A stretch of DNA of 39,646 bases from Paraglomus brasilianum. Taxonomy: Eukaryota. This document shows positions 23,559 through 35,670 of the stretch, piece after piece; positions within the stretch are counted from its first letter, which is position 1; each line of letters begins with the position of its first letter. Where the stretch lies: NCBI GenBank assembly GCA_910592345.1, contig CAJVPI010000243.1, positions 1 to 39,646 on the forward strand, written 5' to 3'. The translations under genes and the position numbers were made by a program. The notes beneath the pieces were generated by a model. That model was given only the letters and a program-made list of their open reading frames with translations, ran no database searches and was not told where the DNA came from.

Positions 23559-25240
23559 ATGGAACCATTTGAGTCATGTATGTCATGTTTTGCAATATGC
23601 ACTTGTAGTGTTTTCAATAAACTACATGCATGTTTATGTTTCACTGTCCACCCGTACAATTAACAGTCAAGAGGAAACATATAAAACAAAACAAAGCTAT
23701 AATCAGGTAACAGTAGCGAAAGTTGTTATCACTCATTATTAGCATTTATTCCAACATTACGAACGTCTTCCAGAACAAATACGGTATATGCGCTTCGGTT
23801 ACGTAAGGCGGAAGTAGAGATACAGAAACTTGTCACAGAAAACTTCGAACTGAGAGCCGTTATAGCACAACTAAAGACCGAAGTCAGCAGACTGAAGACT
23901 GATAAAGATACTGGTAATAAGTTCTATCAAAACACGTTGAAGGTAAATATACCCGGCAGCTAACAACGAGACAATTTGATTCGTAAATATTAATTTTGAA
24001 ACACCCAAAGTCCAGTAGCGATAAAATCACAAGCATATTGCACAAACTACACAATGCAGTTGACGCTCTAAATGTGTTGGTCGATGAAGATGTTAGGAAC
24101 TCTCAAGATGACAAGTACTCTTGGAGTAAGTTTAAGCGAAACCCTCATTTCCAACGCCAGCCGAACTTTATTAAATTAATAATAGCTCAAATACTCGATG
24201 AAAATTTTCAAACTTCTGAAGGATATCGTTCCACTACAAATAGTAATTTGGATAAGTGGACCGAAAAGGTGCCAGAGAAAAGGAAACTTCAAAATCCGGT
24301 ATGGATACGCGTATATGTTTTGATATAACTACATTGGTTCTCATTATAAATTCTTTCAGATTTCCTCATACATAAAGGACGCGAGAATGCTAGCAAGTAT
24401 AAACGAAACCGCCGAAGAACAATCCACACTTGAAGAACGTGTAATGCGGTAACTATTTCAGTAAAGCAATTGAGTACCGATTGATTATTTTCTTTGTAAA
24501 ACCGTTTGTTTTTGTAAATCTCAACATGACATTAATAAAAATACATTCACCCCGCTCTCCAGTTCGACGCAAAGACAGGAACCATCTCAACTGCAACTCC
24601 AAACTACAGAATTTGATTACCAAACTACAGAATTTGACTATATTCCATCTCAACTCAACATTACTTATGACATTTCACCGCAAACCAAGATAGATTCACG
24701 CGCTATAATGGACGATCTAATAACCGCGGTGAGGCGACCAAACGATTTAAGTACAATATACACAGAGCATCCAATATCACAAGAAGACATTTCTGAAGGA
24801 CGACCAGAGCAGATAAAAGAGAGAAAAGACGGTATAGCTGTATACTGATTGTTTTGCATCAAAGAAACTGTTGCTTATTCAAAAATAATAACGAACAGAA
24901 TATGGCATCCAAACGCGCAAAAAGGCGGCAATAAGTTATGCTGAACCTAGTCTCCGAAGGCACGTTGAAGATTTCTTGATTATTGTTTGTGTCTAACACT
25001 AAGTCGAGACTAAACAGCCACTGCAATTTAAATTTTATTAGTAAATTACGGAAAGGGGACCCATTTACGTTCGGAGACACTGGAGAACTTGATTTACGGA
25101 GACAAAATAATGCAAATACCAAGACTATTGCCTCACAACATCGTGTTCCACTTTCTAATATTACAAACTGTAAGGATACTGTTAAACTTTTATATTGCTT
25201 TGAAAACGTGACTAAACCCCCTTCCATACCAAACAGTTAG
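23559..25240 (+). CDS. SGO1: Shugoshin
   Basis: Spliced N-terminus MEPFESFKRKHIKQNKAIIRTNTVYALRLRKAEVEIQKLVTENFELR (shugoshin coiled coil; exons 23559-577, 23667-706, 23774-942). C-terminal SGO motif RKKAAISYAEPSLRS|KLRKGDPFT. Middle exons approximate. Confidence 0.85.
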
Positions 25241-25834
25241 CATGAGACAAAGGTAGAACAGCTTGCTCGTTAGTAAAACGGACATAATAAAACTTGACTG
25301 GAATTTATCCCTATTACATTATAAACTTTGAAATTGAACCTAGCAATAATGTGTCTTCTATGCTATAATTTCTGTTTGATTGTAAGAGATAGTCTCATAC
25401 TCCATGGTGTTCTATAACTTTGGATTTTACGGAATATTGATTAAGTATAAACGCACGAAGTCTTTAAAATATATTGGAAATAGACCTTCGCCATATAACA
25501 AGTCGTCAACCAGAACAACATTACAAAATAGCCCTCTTTGATGGGTTACAATTCCCCAAAGGAAGAATCGCCTTCTTTTGGAAGAAAGGCAAGTTGCTTA
25601 ATTGTAAGTTTGTGTTTAATGCTGGTCATATTCGTTTTAGCTGCCAGTCTTCCTTCAAGTCGTGTGTGATACAAAACGTTCCGTTGAAAATTAATTACTC
25701 ATGACAATCGCATACCTCATAAACGTGATCATGCAAAATTTTTTGTCAAAAAAATTTAAGATGATGTCACCAACAATACCGTTTTCCCCCTCTCCCCAGT
25801 TCTTCTGTGAAAATATCCATAGAGCTCATTCAAC

Positions 25835-27452
25835 ATGGGTAAGGATGAATGAAATGTTCTTGCGCAGCCATACATGCTGTATTGTTTGAATTTAATGAGT
25901 GACCGACTCTAATTCCGTTTGGGTTTTATTCGGATTGTCGCGGGGGTCGTAATTAGCCGTTGGCAAGGTTTGTATTGGATTAAAATCTTCCTTGAAAGCA
26001 TCCATCAGTATTCTATCGCTCTATTTAGTGATATCATAACTAAAAGCGTATCATTTTAGAATAAACGTCTTAGCAAAGGAAAGAAGGGATTGAAAAAGAA
26101 GATGTAAGTTAGGTTATTCTGCGGAGGAAATGTAGATGGAATGAAGCCGAGTAAAGATACATCATGTGTGAGCGTGTCGTCATATACTATATAATCAATG
26201 TGTTTCGTGAATAGTTTTCGCTGATCAGAGTACTTGCTTGAGCAAGTGAACGCTATCTAGTAACAGCAATTAATACGAATATTCCGGCATATGATCTCGT
26301 TTTTGGCGAAACACAGAGTTGATCCCTTCACCAGAAAAGACTGGTATGATGTCAAAGCGCCTTCGCTTTTTAAACAAAGAAACGTCGGAAAGACTCTTGT
26401 CAATCGTACGCAAGGTCTAAGTAAGTAATCGCCTAATCAGTATTATTTATTGACGCTTGTTATCTGTATCAAGAATAATAAAATGATAGAATATGATGTC
26501 CGATATTAACACTAACTGTTAATTGTCTAAAACTAGAAAACGCCAACGATGCCTTAAAAGGCCGTGTGTTCGAGATATCTTTGGCGGACCTGAACAATGA
26601 TGGTGATCATAGTGATGATCGTCATGATCAGGCCTTCCGTAAGATCAAGCTCAGAGTAGATGAAGTTCAAGGCAAGAACCTCCTCACCAACTTCCATGGT
26701 ATGGATTTCACATCTGACAAACTTCGGTCTTTGGTAAAAAAATGGCAGGTCTGTAACAAGAAATGAGCGAAGAATAACAACCATGGCGATTACTTTATGT
26801 AAAATAGGGCCGTGTACGCATATCAATTTGACAACCAAAATAGTACGACGGCTTCTGCTTTAATTTTAATGATTTTCATTCCAACAGACTCTTATCGAAG
26901 CTCACGTCGATGTCAAGACAACCGATGGCTATCTTCTACGTCTATTTGCAATTGCATTCACCAAGAGACGTCAAAATCAAGTACGAAAGACTACATATGC
27001 CCAAACATCTCAGATTCGTCAAATTCGAAAGAAAATGTTTGAGAGCATGACAAAAGTAGTATCGCAAAATGAGTTGAAAGTATTGGTTAGCAAGCATCTC
27101 CTGACCGATGCTATCGGTAATAATATTGAGAAGGCTTGTCAGGGAATTTACCCTTTACAAAACGTATGTTACAAGATCAGTCAGATGAGACCCTTGCAGT
27201 ATTTCTGTTTGGGGGGGATAGGAGCGGATAGAGGGTTTGCGTATTTTACTATATTTCTATCGCTGTCTCCATGCTAACACTTTATGTCATCGCATAACGT
27301 AGGTATATATCCGCAAGGTAAAAATTCTAAAAAGCCCGAAGTTCGATATACAGAAGTTGCTTGAACTTCACAGCGACACGGCCGATACAGGCTCTAAAGT
27401 GGGGGGTGCAAATAGAGACTTCAAAGAACCGGAGGTCTTACAATCCGTGTAA
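25835..27452 (+). CDS. RPS1: 40S ribosomal protein eS1 (S1/S3a), 7 exons
   Basis: Exons 25835-38, 25957-67, 26060-103, 26317-420, 26537-748, 26888-27163, 27303-452 give [35 protein letters not shown]...[16 protein letters not shown]...[10 protein letters not shown]. Confidence 0.97.
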
Positions 27453-28077
27453 ATTGCGCCCAAATATAATAATCTACAAACAAAAAGAAATTGCAAAATT
27501 TGTTCCATGATTTGATGCGCTGAAAAGTAGAAGGCAGCTGCCGACCTGTCTTTTTCATATTAATGGGGAGATAATAGCGACTGGGTCGAAAAAGCATTAT
27601 TATTATATAGCCTTGGATAGCCAAAGAAACAAGATATATATATTTTTATTTTACCTCGAGCAGAGCGTTCATCAACTAAGAGATATAAATTCACCAAGTT
27701 TATGAGTTACATATAATCTAACCAGTCTCAACGCTCAATCCCTAAATTTTTAAGAATTGTGACATAGTAATAGCAGAACCCAAAACGATGATGCAATCTT
27801 TGGGAAGTCAGCCATGCACGGCGACGAAAAGCTTATCGACACAGCGAGCATCCCACTGGCAATTTCATTGATTCGTACGTGATTTAGGAGGGACAACCAC
27901 AACCCTGAAAAAATGTATTGCGTTTTTCATGTTGAAATTTTTGGCCTGCTGCTAGATTATTGATATCAAACGGGTTAGTTTAATTTTCCGATTGGTTTTG
28001 GCCGAGTATATCAGATTCAGAACCAGACATTCCCAAGTTTACATTCGGACATCAATAAGATACTGTTTGAAAATATT

Positions 28078-30518
28078 ATGTACTCACAGTATGCCTCAAT
28101 AGACAACTACGAGAGTAATTATGAAGAGATAGGAAGCACGCGTGAAGAAATAACAAAGACACTTGAGTTGAATAGGGCTTATCAGGCGGAGTTGGGAAAG
28201 TGCATTCAGAACCTTGAAGCTGCACTGAACCATAACCGAACGACACAGGTTAGTCGCGTTTGAGTTGTATAGCCAAGGCATTAAACTCACGTCAAGCTTG
28301 CTATAGGAACGCTTGGATTTAATAAAACAGGCTCAAGAGAGATCGGATAAAGAAAGGGCTGAGGCAAGATCTGATAGTACGAGATGCTGGGGTCCACCCT
28401 TCTTTGTGAATGAACATGGACAGGTCAGTAAGCGACGGGCTGTCTTGTTAGCTGAATTTATTGAGGAATAGACTCGCTTAAAGACGGTTATTTTATTAGG
28501 GACTGCCTGAGCTTGAAGACAACTGTAGTACTGTTCGTCCAGTTTTACATAAATATCAACGATGTAAGTGAAACAGAAAGGTGCTTTGTGTATACGACCG
28601 TAAGAGGTTGTTCATTGAAATATTAATACTTCGGTTTAACCTCACCCATAATAACAACGATGTTGTAGGGACTAACAATGAGCGGGCTGCGTTAGCAAAG
28701 GGTATTAAGTTTATCAATATGAAAAAAGAGGCGTCCAAGATTCTTGCTCAGTAAGTCATGTAATACTGAAAAGATCTTGTTTACGTGCGTATAATATATT
28801 AAATATTCTGCACTTCTTTTTTTTTTTTTTGGTAGGGGCGGCAAGATGAAAGACTTGCAAAGACTATCCAATGCATATCTGCTAGAAAACGTCCGTGGGG
28901 TTGATTGGCGTTTCATAGCTAAGCATTTTGTAAATTATCTTCCGTTTCTTGATTAGCGTGTTTCATCCTTCTATTTCTGTCTCATCTCATAATCCAAACA
29001 TCTATCTTAAACCTCACCTCAGGTACAAACTAAGACCGCCTCGGAATGTCTGATGCAATGGACCAATCATGACCATCCACGGATAAACAAAAGTTCCTGG
29101 ACAAAGCCGGAAATAGCAAAATTACGTGCTATTGCCCAAAGGCACAAGTTTCGTAATTGGCAGGCAATTGCACTCGAAGTGGCGGTAAGCAAAATATCGA
29201 GACGTAATCTATTAATTGTCATTTAAAAGATTATGTCGCGTTTCAATTTGTTAGAGTGAATTAATTTCGTCAGTATGCTGATTGCCGTGTTTTCTAAACC
29301 GATTTTATCTTTACATATATATTTATATATTTGTTTTATATGGCAGACTAACAGAACGGCTGCAGAGTGCTTTAAAACTTATGTTAGACAGAACAGCGAA
29401 CCAAGGTAATCGTTTATTTGATTAATGATTCACATTTTATTCAAATATAACGAGTTAAAATTTTTATTATATAATCTAAGGAAATGGACGAAAGAAGAAG
29501 ATGAGATACTAATACAAGCTGTCGATTTATACGGAGAGAAAAACTGGCAGCAAGGTAAATAGTCTTGACGAGAAACCCGTGATAATTCAATCCTAGTATA
29601 ACTTCATTTTATTTGTAGAAGCATTCTAATATTTGATAATTATGTTATCAAGTTGCTTCCTGTCTTGAAGACAGAAGTGGCCAACAGTGTCTACACAGAT
29701 GGACGAAGACGCTAAATCCAGCAATAAAACGTGGCCGGTGGACGCGTGCTGAGGATGAGGTTTAAACCTGACGGCTTGTGTTCATGTTCAATGTTGAACT
29801 ACTAACTGATCTCTATAATCTGCGTATGCAATGCGGGCATTATTTTGGCTTTTAGGCCTTGAAAGATGCCGTTAAGCTGTACGGTGCAGGCAATTGGGTT
29901 AAGATACAGTCTTACGTACTCGGCCGAACTGATGTAAAATGTCGAGAACGATGGGTTAATGTTCTCGACCCAGCCGTTAAAAAGGATCCCTGGACAGCAG
30001 AGGTAAACCTTACATTATCTTAACAATTGACCATAACTTTCTTTCAGTTATTGATTGCTGTAACATTTTATGTTCGTTCCTAACTATTCGTGATACAGGA
30101 AGACAAACAATTGCTCTCACTGGTCCGAAAGCATAATCCTGGTAATTGGTCAAAAATTTCTGCAGAAATGGATCGACGTACTGATAATCAGGTATTTGCA
30201 ATTGTTTATGGTTAGCATCTTGTGAAGAGACAAGATTTTAAATTTTTTACAACTGTACAGTGTTGGAGAAGATATAAATGTCTCTTGAAAAAGACGAAGC
30301 AGGGAGAAATTATTTCCTTAACTTCTGAGTCTGAGGATGAAAATCGAAACACAATTCCTGATATTAATACGAATAACAGTCCTAGTGTGGATACAACGGC
30401 TACAGCTAAGGACGTAGTGATACCAAATATCGCAAGTCGATACCCAAAAATAGCTCCCGCCCCTATCCCGAGGACTGCAGAATATAAAATACCAGTTACA
30501 TCTATAGAAAAAAAATAA
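28078..30518 (+). CDS. SNAPC4: snRNA-activating protein complex subunit 4 (SNAP190)-like multi-Myb protein
   Basis: N-terminal LELNRAYQ coiled coil and PPFF; Myb repeats VDWRFIA, HPRINKSSWT, KWTKEED, RSGQQCLHRW, GRTDVKCRERW, RTDNQCWRRY. Confidence 0.8.
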
Positions 30519-31107
30519 AATGCACACAGGACAGAAGTGACAGCAACCAGCTACCATTAATATTACCTTTAAAATTCAGTCATAGGATGGGACTTGCACG
30601 GGAGGTCAAATATTAAATTTATAGAAGACAGAGACTGGTCTTTTACGTGTGTAGAAGTGCTTTCTGACGGAGAAATATTGCGATTATTGATGACTGTCTT
30701 TTTTTTGATGCTAGGATCTGCTGGCAAATATCAAGACTATATGACTGTCATTATCATTAAATAATGTCGGGCTGATAGTATTACAGAATGCTTCAGTATG
30801 GACATCAAAGCCCAGGTCTTCAGAGTATGTGATTGCCAGATACATATATGGCTTCTTTTTTTATTTGTAAAAATGAGAAGGAAAGAAGAAGTCCAGTGGG
30901 AACTCACAAAAGCCATATTAATATAAACAGTCACAAAAGTTGCTACAATTAACCGGTAGAAAGTAGCTTAACGATAATAGGTAACTGTATGTATGATATA
31001 ATTACTGCAGCATTATACAAAAGATAGACGAGGATGCACTTTCTGCTTTTCATATGTATAATCAATTATAATCAACCATTGAAATAAACACATTCTGGCG
31101 CGATCTC

Positions 31108-32499
31108 TCACGTATTCAGTTCTTTCGACGCCATCCTTGATAAATCATCAATAGCGTTGATAACGTCCCAATTAATTTCTCCGCAGTCTTTATAGCTCAC
31201 TTCCAACACTGCTCTAGCACTTGCTGACAATTTTACCGCCTCCTCTACAGCCGTTCTTCCATCACTCGTACTGTTCCAAAAACACTTGGCCATTGTATAC
31301 ATATGCAACCCAATCATAGGATGATATCTAGGGTAGCATAGCACGTATATGGCTAGTATACGGTATCCAATTCCAGCCGCAATGTCCCACTGTTCGTTTC
31401 TAAGCAGATCAGACAGGTGTTGACTTAGTAAGGCAAGCGGAGTATGTGGTTGAGAGAGTAACGATTGGAGCAGAGTTGGTGGGATGGAGATAGGAATGAT
31501 AAACAAAGAAGGAAGTAGAGGAGAGAGAAGCGTTCTTTGACGAGTAGAGAGTTCTAGCAGAAGCGCGGTAGGCATAGTCGATGATGCTGGCGCCAGCAGG
31601 TGATCTACATCTTTAATGTTGCCGTTACATCTAATACACTTGCAGTCAAAGTAGTATTTAGCAGTGAGTAACTGTTGCCTTGTACTTTTTGTATTTGCAG
31701 TGTCAATATATGATATCATAACCTCGTCGTTACTGCTGAGATCTTCAATCGCTTTTACGATTTGAACGTTTCCATGGTACATGACAACTGCATTTGGATA
31801 GCAAGAATGATTGAATAAAGATCCGACTGGATAAGTTCCTTCTCCAACAGAAAATATCTGATTATCATGCACTGTAAAATTATTGCACCCAAATATGCAG
31901 AGATAATTTACAAGATCATCAGTTGTCAAATTGCTCTTATTGAAGTTCTTAATCGATGATAGATCATTGAGAACTACTGTAGCAACTTGATTAAAGTATT
32001 CAAGTATGTCCTGGCTATAGTCACTCTTGTGATCCATGAGTCCACTGAACGTTTCATATAAGACATCATAATCCGTCAGGTACTCTTTTTTGGCTATTCC
32101 ACCAATGACTAGACAGACTCTCCGCAACATTTCGTAATCCCCATTTGTGTTATCTGTAATCACCATTCCATCGCACAACCATTTGTGATGTAAATTCCAC
32201 GCTTTTCTCTGACATTGAACACTACAATAAAACGCCGATTTACATCGAGAGCATCGCATCAAGCTGTGAGAAGAGGATGAAGAAGAGGTAGCGCAAGGTG
32301 TTAATCGAGAAACTTGTGAATTGAAACAATGATTACAAATAGAATCAGCAACGGAAGACGTCGGAAATGAACACAGAGGAGGAGACTTTATTATTACACT
32401 TCCTTTAGGTACCGGAGAACGAGTTACAATAGCTCGATAAGACGATTGTTTGGGTACCAATGCGAGGTTATGCGCCGCGAGATAACTGTCAAGTGCCAT
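31108..32499 (-). CDS. SET and MYND domain (SMYD-like) lysine methyltransferase, intronless
   Basis: MYND CNHC..CSRCKSAFYCSVQCQ..WNLHHKWLC; SET FNHSCYPN and EVMISY; post-SET YYFDCKCIRC; C-terminal YPRYHP helical region. Confidence 0.9.
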   Translation of the reverse strand: MALDSYLAAHNLALVPKQSSYRAIVTRSPVPKGSVIIKSPPLCSFPTSSVADSICNHCFNSQVSRLTPCATSSSSSSHSLMRCSRCKSAFYCSVQCQRKAWNLHHKWLCDGMVITDNTNGDYEMLRRVCLVIGGIAKKEYLTDYDVLYETFSGLMDHKSDYSQDILEYFNQVATVVLNDLSSIKNFNKSNLTTDDLVNYLCIFGCNNFTVHDNQIFSVGEGTYPVGSLFNHSCYPNAVVMYHGNVQIVKAIEDLSSNDEVMISYIDTANTKSTRQQLLTAKYYFDCKCIRCNGNIKDVDHLLAPASSTMPTALLLELSTRQRTLLSPLLPSLFIIPISIPPTLLQSLLSQPHTPLALLSQHLSDLLRNEQWDIAAGIGYRILAIYVLCYPRYHPMIGLHMYTMAKCFWNSTSDGRTAVEEAVKLSASARAVLEVSYKDCGEINWDVINAIDDLSRMASKELNT

Positions 32500-32978
32500 T
32501 GCCTTCCGGGAATACTAATGCACTGGATACTAATAGTAATAGTCCGACAGGATGTCACACAACTGGACATTTGGGGTAACAGTAGTAGTTGATCAACTTA
32601 TCGCACGCGTACCTATCCACATCAAATGTCGAACTAATCACAGACATCGCTACATTGCAAGAAATAATAATAGAATTCTTATGAGTAACTCGAGCTGTTT
32701 AACTTCTTATAACAAATTAGAGGAGTCCAATTTTTCAACAAGTGTAATTACTGAATCCAAAAATTGTTGCTAGTCACATAGTATATTGGATAGTAAAAAT
32801 TTTCAAAATTAGATTTTGCATATTTTTGCTATATAAATAATTATTTGGTAAGATTTGAACAAGAATAATGAAGCTATCTAAAGAGCCTCGCTACTTTGAA
32901 TAAGATATAACAGAGAGCAAGATTTAACCTGAAAATGGGACACATTTTAAATTGATTTTGTCCACGAGATCAATATCT

Positions 32979-35399
32979 TCAATGAAGAACATTGCCATCG
33001 CTCTCCCCTGCCTTCTCACTAATTCTATTCTCTTTATTTTCTTCCTCTCTGTCGTCACTATTCTCACTTTCTGGATCGTCATTAATTTCCTTCAATATGT
33101 CTCTAACTTCTTCACTTTCATATACAACACTCTTGGCATTTTTTATAAATTCTACAATTTTAATGACGTCTTTCTCTCCATCAGTCTCAACACCGCTACT
33201 AGTATCAACAATCCATGGCTTAACTGTCGTCGCTGCATCAATCACATTATCTGGAGTCAGTCCACCTGCTAGAATAACCGGCACTCCTGCATCATGCACT
33301 TTTTTAGCGAAACTCCAATCGAACGTCTTCCCACTTCCACCAGAATACTCGGAGCCGTGCACCTTGGTATCTAATAACACATAAGCGTTGTAACCGGGTT
33401 GAGTGACAAGGGTGATATTTTTGAATGATTGATCTATATGAAATGCTTTGATCGCCGGAACCGGCAGGTACCGAGCAAGGTCAAGTGGCTCATCTCCATG
33501 CAGTTGAATAAGATCTAATTTTACATGGTCCGTAATAGTGATGATTTCATCGAGCGATTGGTTTTGAAATACGCCAACAATTAATGGTTTCCGCGCTCTG
33601 TTAATCCTTTGTGCGTGAATATGAAACCAGGCATCTTCTCCTGGTAGAATCGTTCGCGATTTCTCTTCAGGTTCAACTTTAACTGAATCGAATAATTTTT
33701 CCGATTGCAGTTCTCGAATCACATTGACAATCTCTAATGCACGGTCAACTGTTACTTGCCGCTTAGACTTGGCAAAGATTAGTCCGATTATATCAGCACC
33801 CGCGTCCGTCGCTTCGATAGCGGCTTCGACTGTATTTATGCCACATATCTTCACTAGTGGACTCTTGGGCCAAGTACTAGTTTTTTGTAGTTCTTGTTGT
33901 TCGGGTTGGTCGTCTTTTTGAGCGTCGTGTGTTGGAGGAGCAATACCTAGAATCTGTTCGACAAACAATCGTTTGTCTTTCGCTTTCATCAATGCTTCCC
34001 CAATTAAGAATGCACCCACACCGTGGTCGAGGTAGGGTAATACATCATCGCGTGTGGATATACCGCTTAGTGCAGCTAAAATGACATCCTTGGGAGCCAA
34101 CTCAGCCAATCGAGACGTAGTTCCCACGTCAACTTCAAAATTATGTAGGTTACGGTTATTGACGCCAATTACTTTAGCACCCAAAGCAAGTGCTCTCTTC
34201 ATTTCTATTTCGTCATGGACTTCGACCAACGGTTCCATTCCTAAATCCTTTGCAAAATCGTATAACTCGACCAGTTGCTCATCCGATAACATTGAGACTA
34301 TCAAAAGAATGGTGTCAGCTCCATGTAATCTAGCCTCCATGATCTGGTAAGTATCTACAATGAAGTCTTTTCTTAATATTGCTGGTCTGTTTGGAATGGA
34401 TGATAGAATATCTCTCACTTGGCGCATGTCATTTAAACTACCCTTGAACCACCTTCCTTCGGTTAACACTGAAATAACAGATGCACCTGCGCGGGTATAT
34501 TCTAATGCTTGCTGAGCAGCATTCACCGATAGATTGATGTTTCCTTTGCTAGGCGATGCTCTTTTAACTTCGGCCATAATAGCAGGGTATTCGGGAAGAG
34601 TTTGTTTGATTCTAGCCGAAAAGTCGATTAATGGAGGCGCGACGTGTAACGCAAGTAGCTTTTTGAGATCAGTTGTGCTAGTTCCAGGTTCCTTCTTTGC
34701 CGCGGCGACGTCAAGTAGTCGCTGTTTGTATATTTTATCTAGAATGCTGGGCACTGCTTTAGTGATTAGGGTTGTGCTTGCTAGAGGGGTACCAATACGA
34801 TAAGCAGGATTATCTTCCCATCTTCCTCCTTCTAGTCTCAAAAAATTTTCTAGAATAGTTTTCCCATGCTCACTGAGTATACTCTCTGGATGGAATTGCA
34901 CGCCTTCGATAGTTAACTCTCGATGTCTTAAACCCATTACGATTCCATTTTCGGTCCAAGATGTTACTTCCAATACATCTGGTATGGAAGGTGGTTCGGC
35001 TGACAGGGAATGATATCTGGTAGCAGATATTTCGGGGGGAACATTTATGAATACACCTTTGCCGTCGTGTATGATTGTACTTGTCTTTCCATGTGTTATA
35101 TCTCCAATGCCTGAGACTGATCCTCCATAGACGTGTGCTATGCATTGCTCACCTAAGCATACTCCCAAGATCGGTATTTTGCCCGCATAGTAAGAAATGA
35201 CGTCTAGAGATATGCCCGAATCATTAGCTGGATGACCTGGTCCAGGTGAGATAATGATGTTGCGAGGGGAAAGCGCATCGAGGTCAGAGAGAGTGACTTG
35301 GTCATTACGAAATACTACCACATTTGCACCTAGCTCACTGACATATTGGTATAGATTCCAGGTGAATGAGTCGTAGTTGTCTATCAAGATTGTTGTCAT
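32979..35399 (-). CDS. TRP1: Trifunctional tryptophan biosynthesis protein (TrpG GATase - IGPS - PRAI), intronless
   Basis: IDNYDSFT, SPGPGHP, GVCLG, RYHSL, QFHPES; AEVKRASPSKG, LRKDF, GVNNRNL; VKICG, QLHGDE, GGSGKTFDW, LAGGL, DTSSGVE. Confidence 0.97.
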   Translation of the reverse strand: MTTILIDNYDSFTWNLYQYVSELGANVVVFRNDQVTLSDLDALSPRNIIISPGPGHPANDSGISLDVISYYAGKIPILGVCLGEQCIAHVYGGSVSGIGDITHGKTSTIIHDGKGVFINVPPEISATRYHSLSAEPPSIPDVLEVTSWTENGIVMGLRHRELTIEGVQFHPESILSEHGKTILENFLRLEGGRWEDNPAYRIGTPLASTTLITKAVPSILDKIYKQRLLDVAAAKKEPGTSTTDLKKLLALHVAPPLIDFSARIKQTLPEYPAIMAEVKRASPSKGNINLSVNAAQQALEYTRAGASVISVLTEGRWFKGSLNDMRQVRDILSSIPNRPAILRKDFIVDTYQIMEARLHGADTILLIVSMLSDEQLVELYDFAKDLGMEPLVEVHDEIEMKRALALGAKVIGVNNRNLHNFEVDVGTTSRLAELAPKDVILAALSGISTRDDVLPYLDHGVGAFLIGEALMKAKDKRLFVEQILGIAPPTHDAQKDDQPEQQELQKTSTWPKSPLVKICGINTVEAAIEATDAGADIIGLIFAKSKRQVTVDRALEIVNVIRELQSEKLFDSVKVEPEEKSRTILPGEDAWFHIHAQRINRARKPLIVGVFQNQSLDEIITITDHVKLDLIQLHGDEPLDLARYLPVPAIKAFHIDQSFKNITLVTQPGYNAYVLLDTKVHGSEYSGGSGKTFDWSFAKKVHDAGVPVILAGGLTPDNVIDAATTVKPWIVDTSSGVETDGEKDVIKIVEFIKNAKSVVYESEEVRDILKEINDDPESENSDDREEENKENRISEKAGESDGNVLH

Positions 35400-35663
35400 T
35401 TAGAATTACTTGATATTAAAGTTGAAGTATTTATTTTGGTACATTAAATATTGATGTTTCACGTGTCTTGCGACGAACAATTGATGTATGACAATTATAC
35501 AGAGTAATGAACAAACAGATAATCACGTACTTAATAATAATCAATGTGGGTTTTACCGAGTTTACAAGAACAATTAATTATCAATTCTACCGCGTCAAGA
35601 AGCTGAGGGAAAGAGGATGCCAGAATCGTAAAGACTCTGACTAAATAATACGTGGGTTGCGTT

Positions 35664-35670
35664 TGACTCA
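35664..35670. promoter_or_regulatory. Gcn4/CpcA-type site TGACTCA upstream of TRP1
   Basis: TGACTCA 265 bp before the ATG; TGACTAA at 35638 and TGACTC at 35806 nearby. Confidence 0.45.

Noticed and set aside
26221..26253. Hammerhead-like CTGATCA..stem..GAAC
   Set aside because: Core deviates from CUGANGA/GAAA and no stems I or III are present
32952..35145. Antisense and alternate-frame ORFs within TRP1
   Set aside because: Shadows of a well-supported CDS
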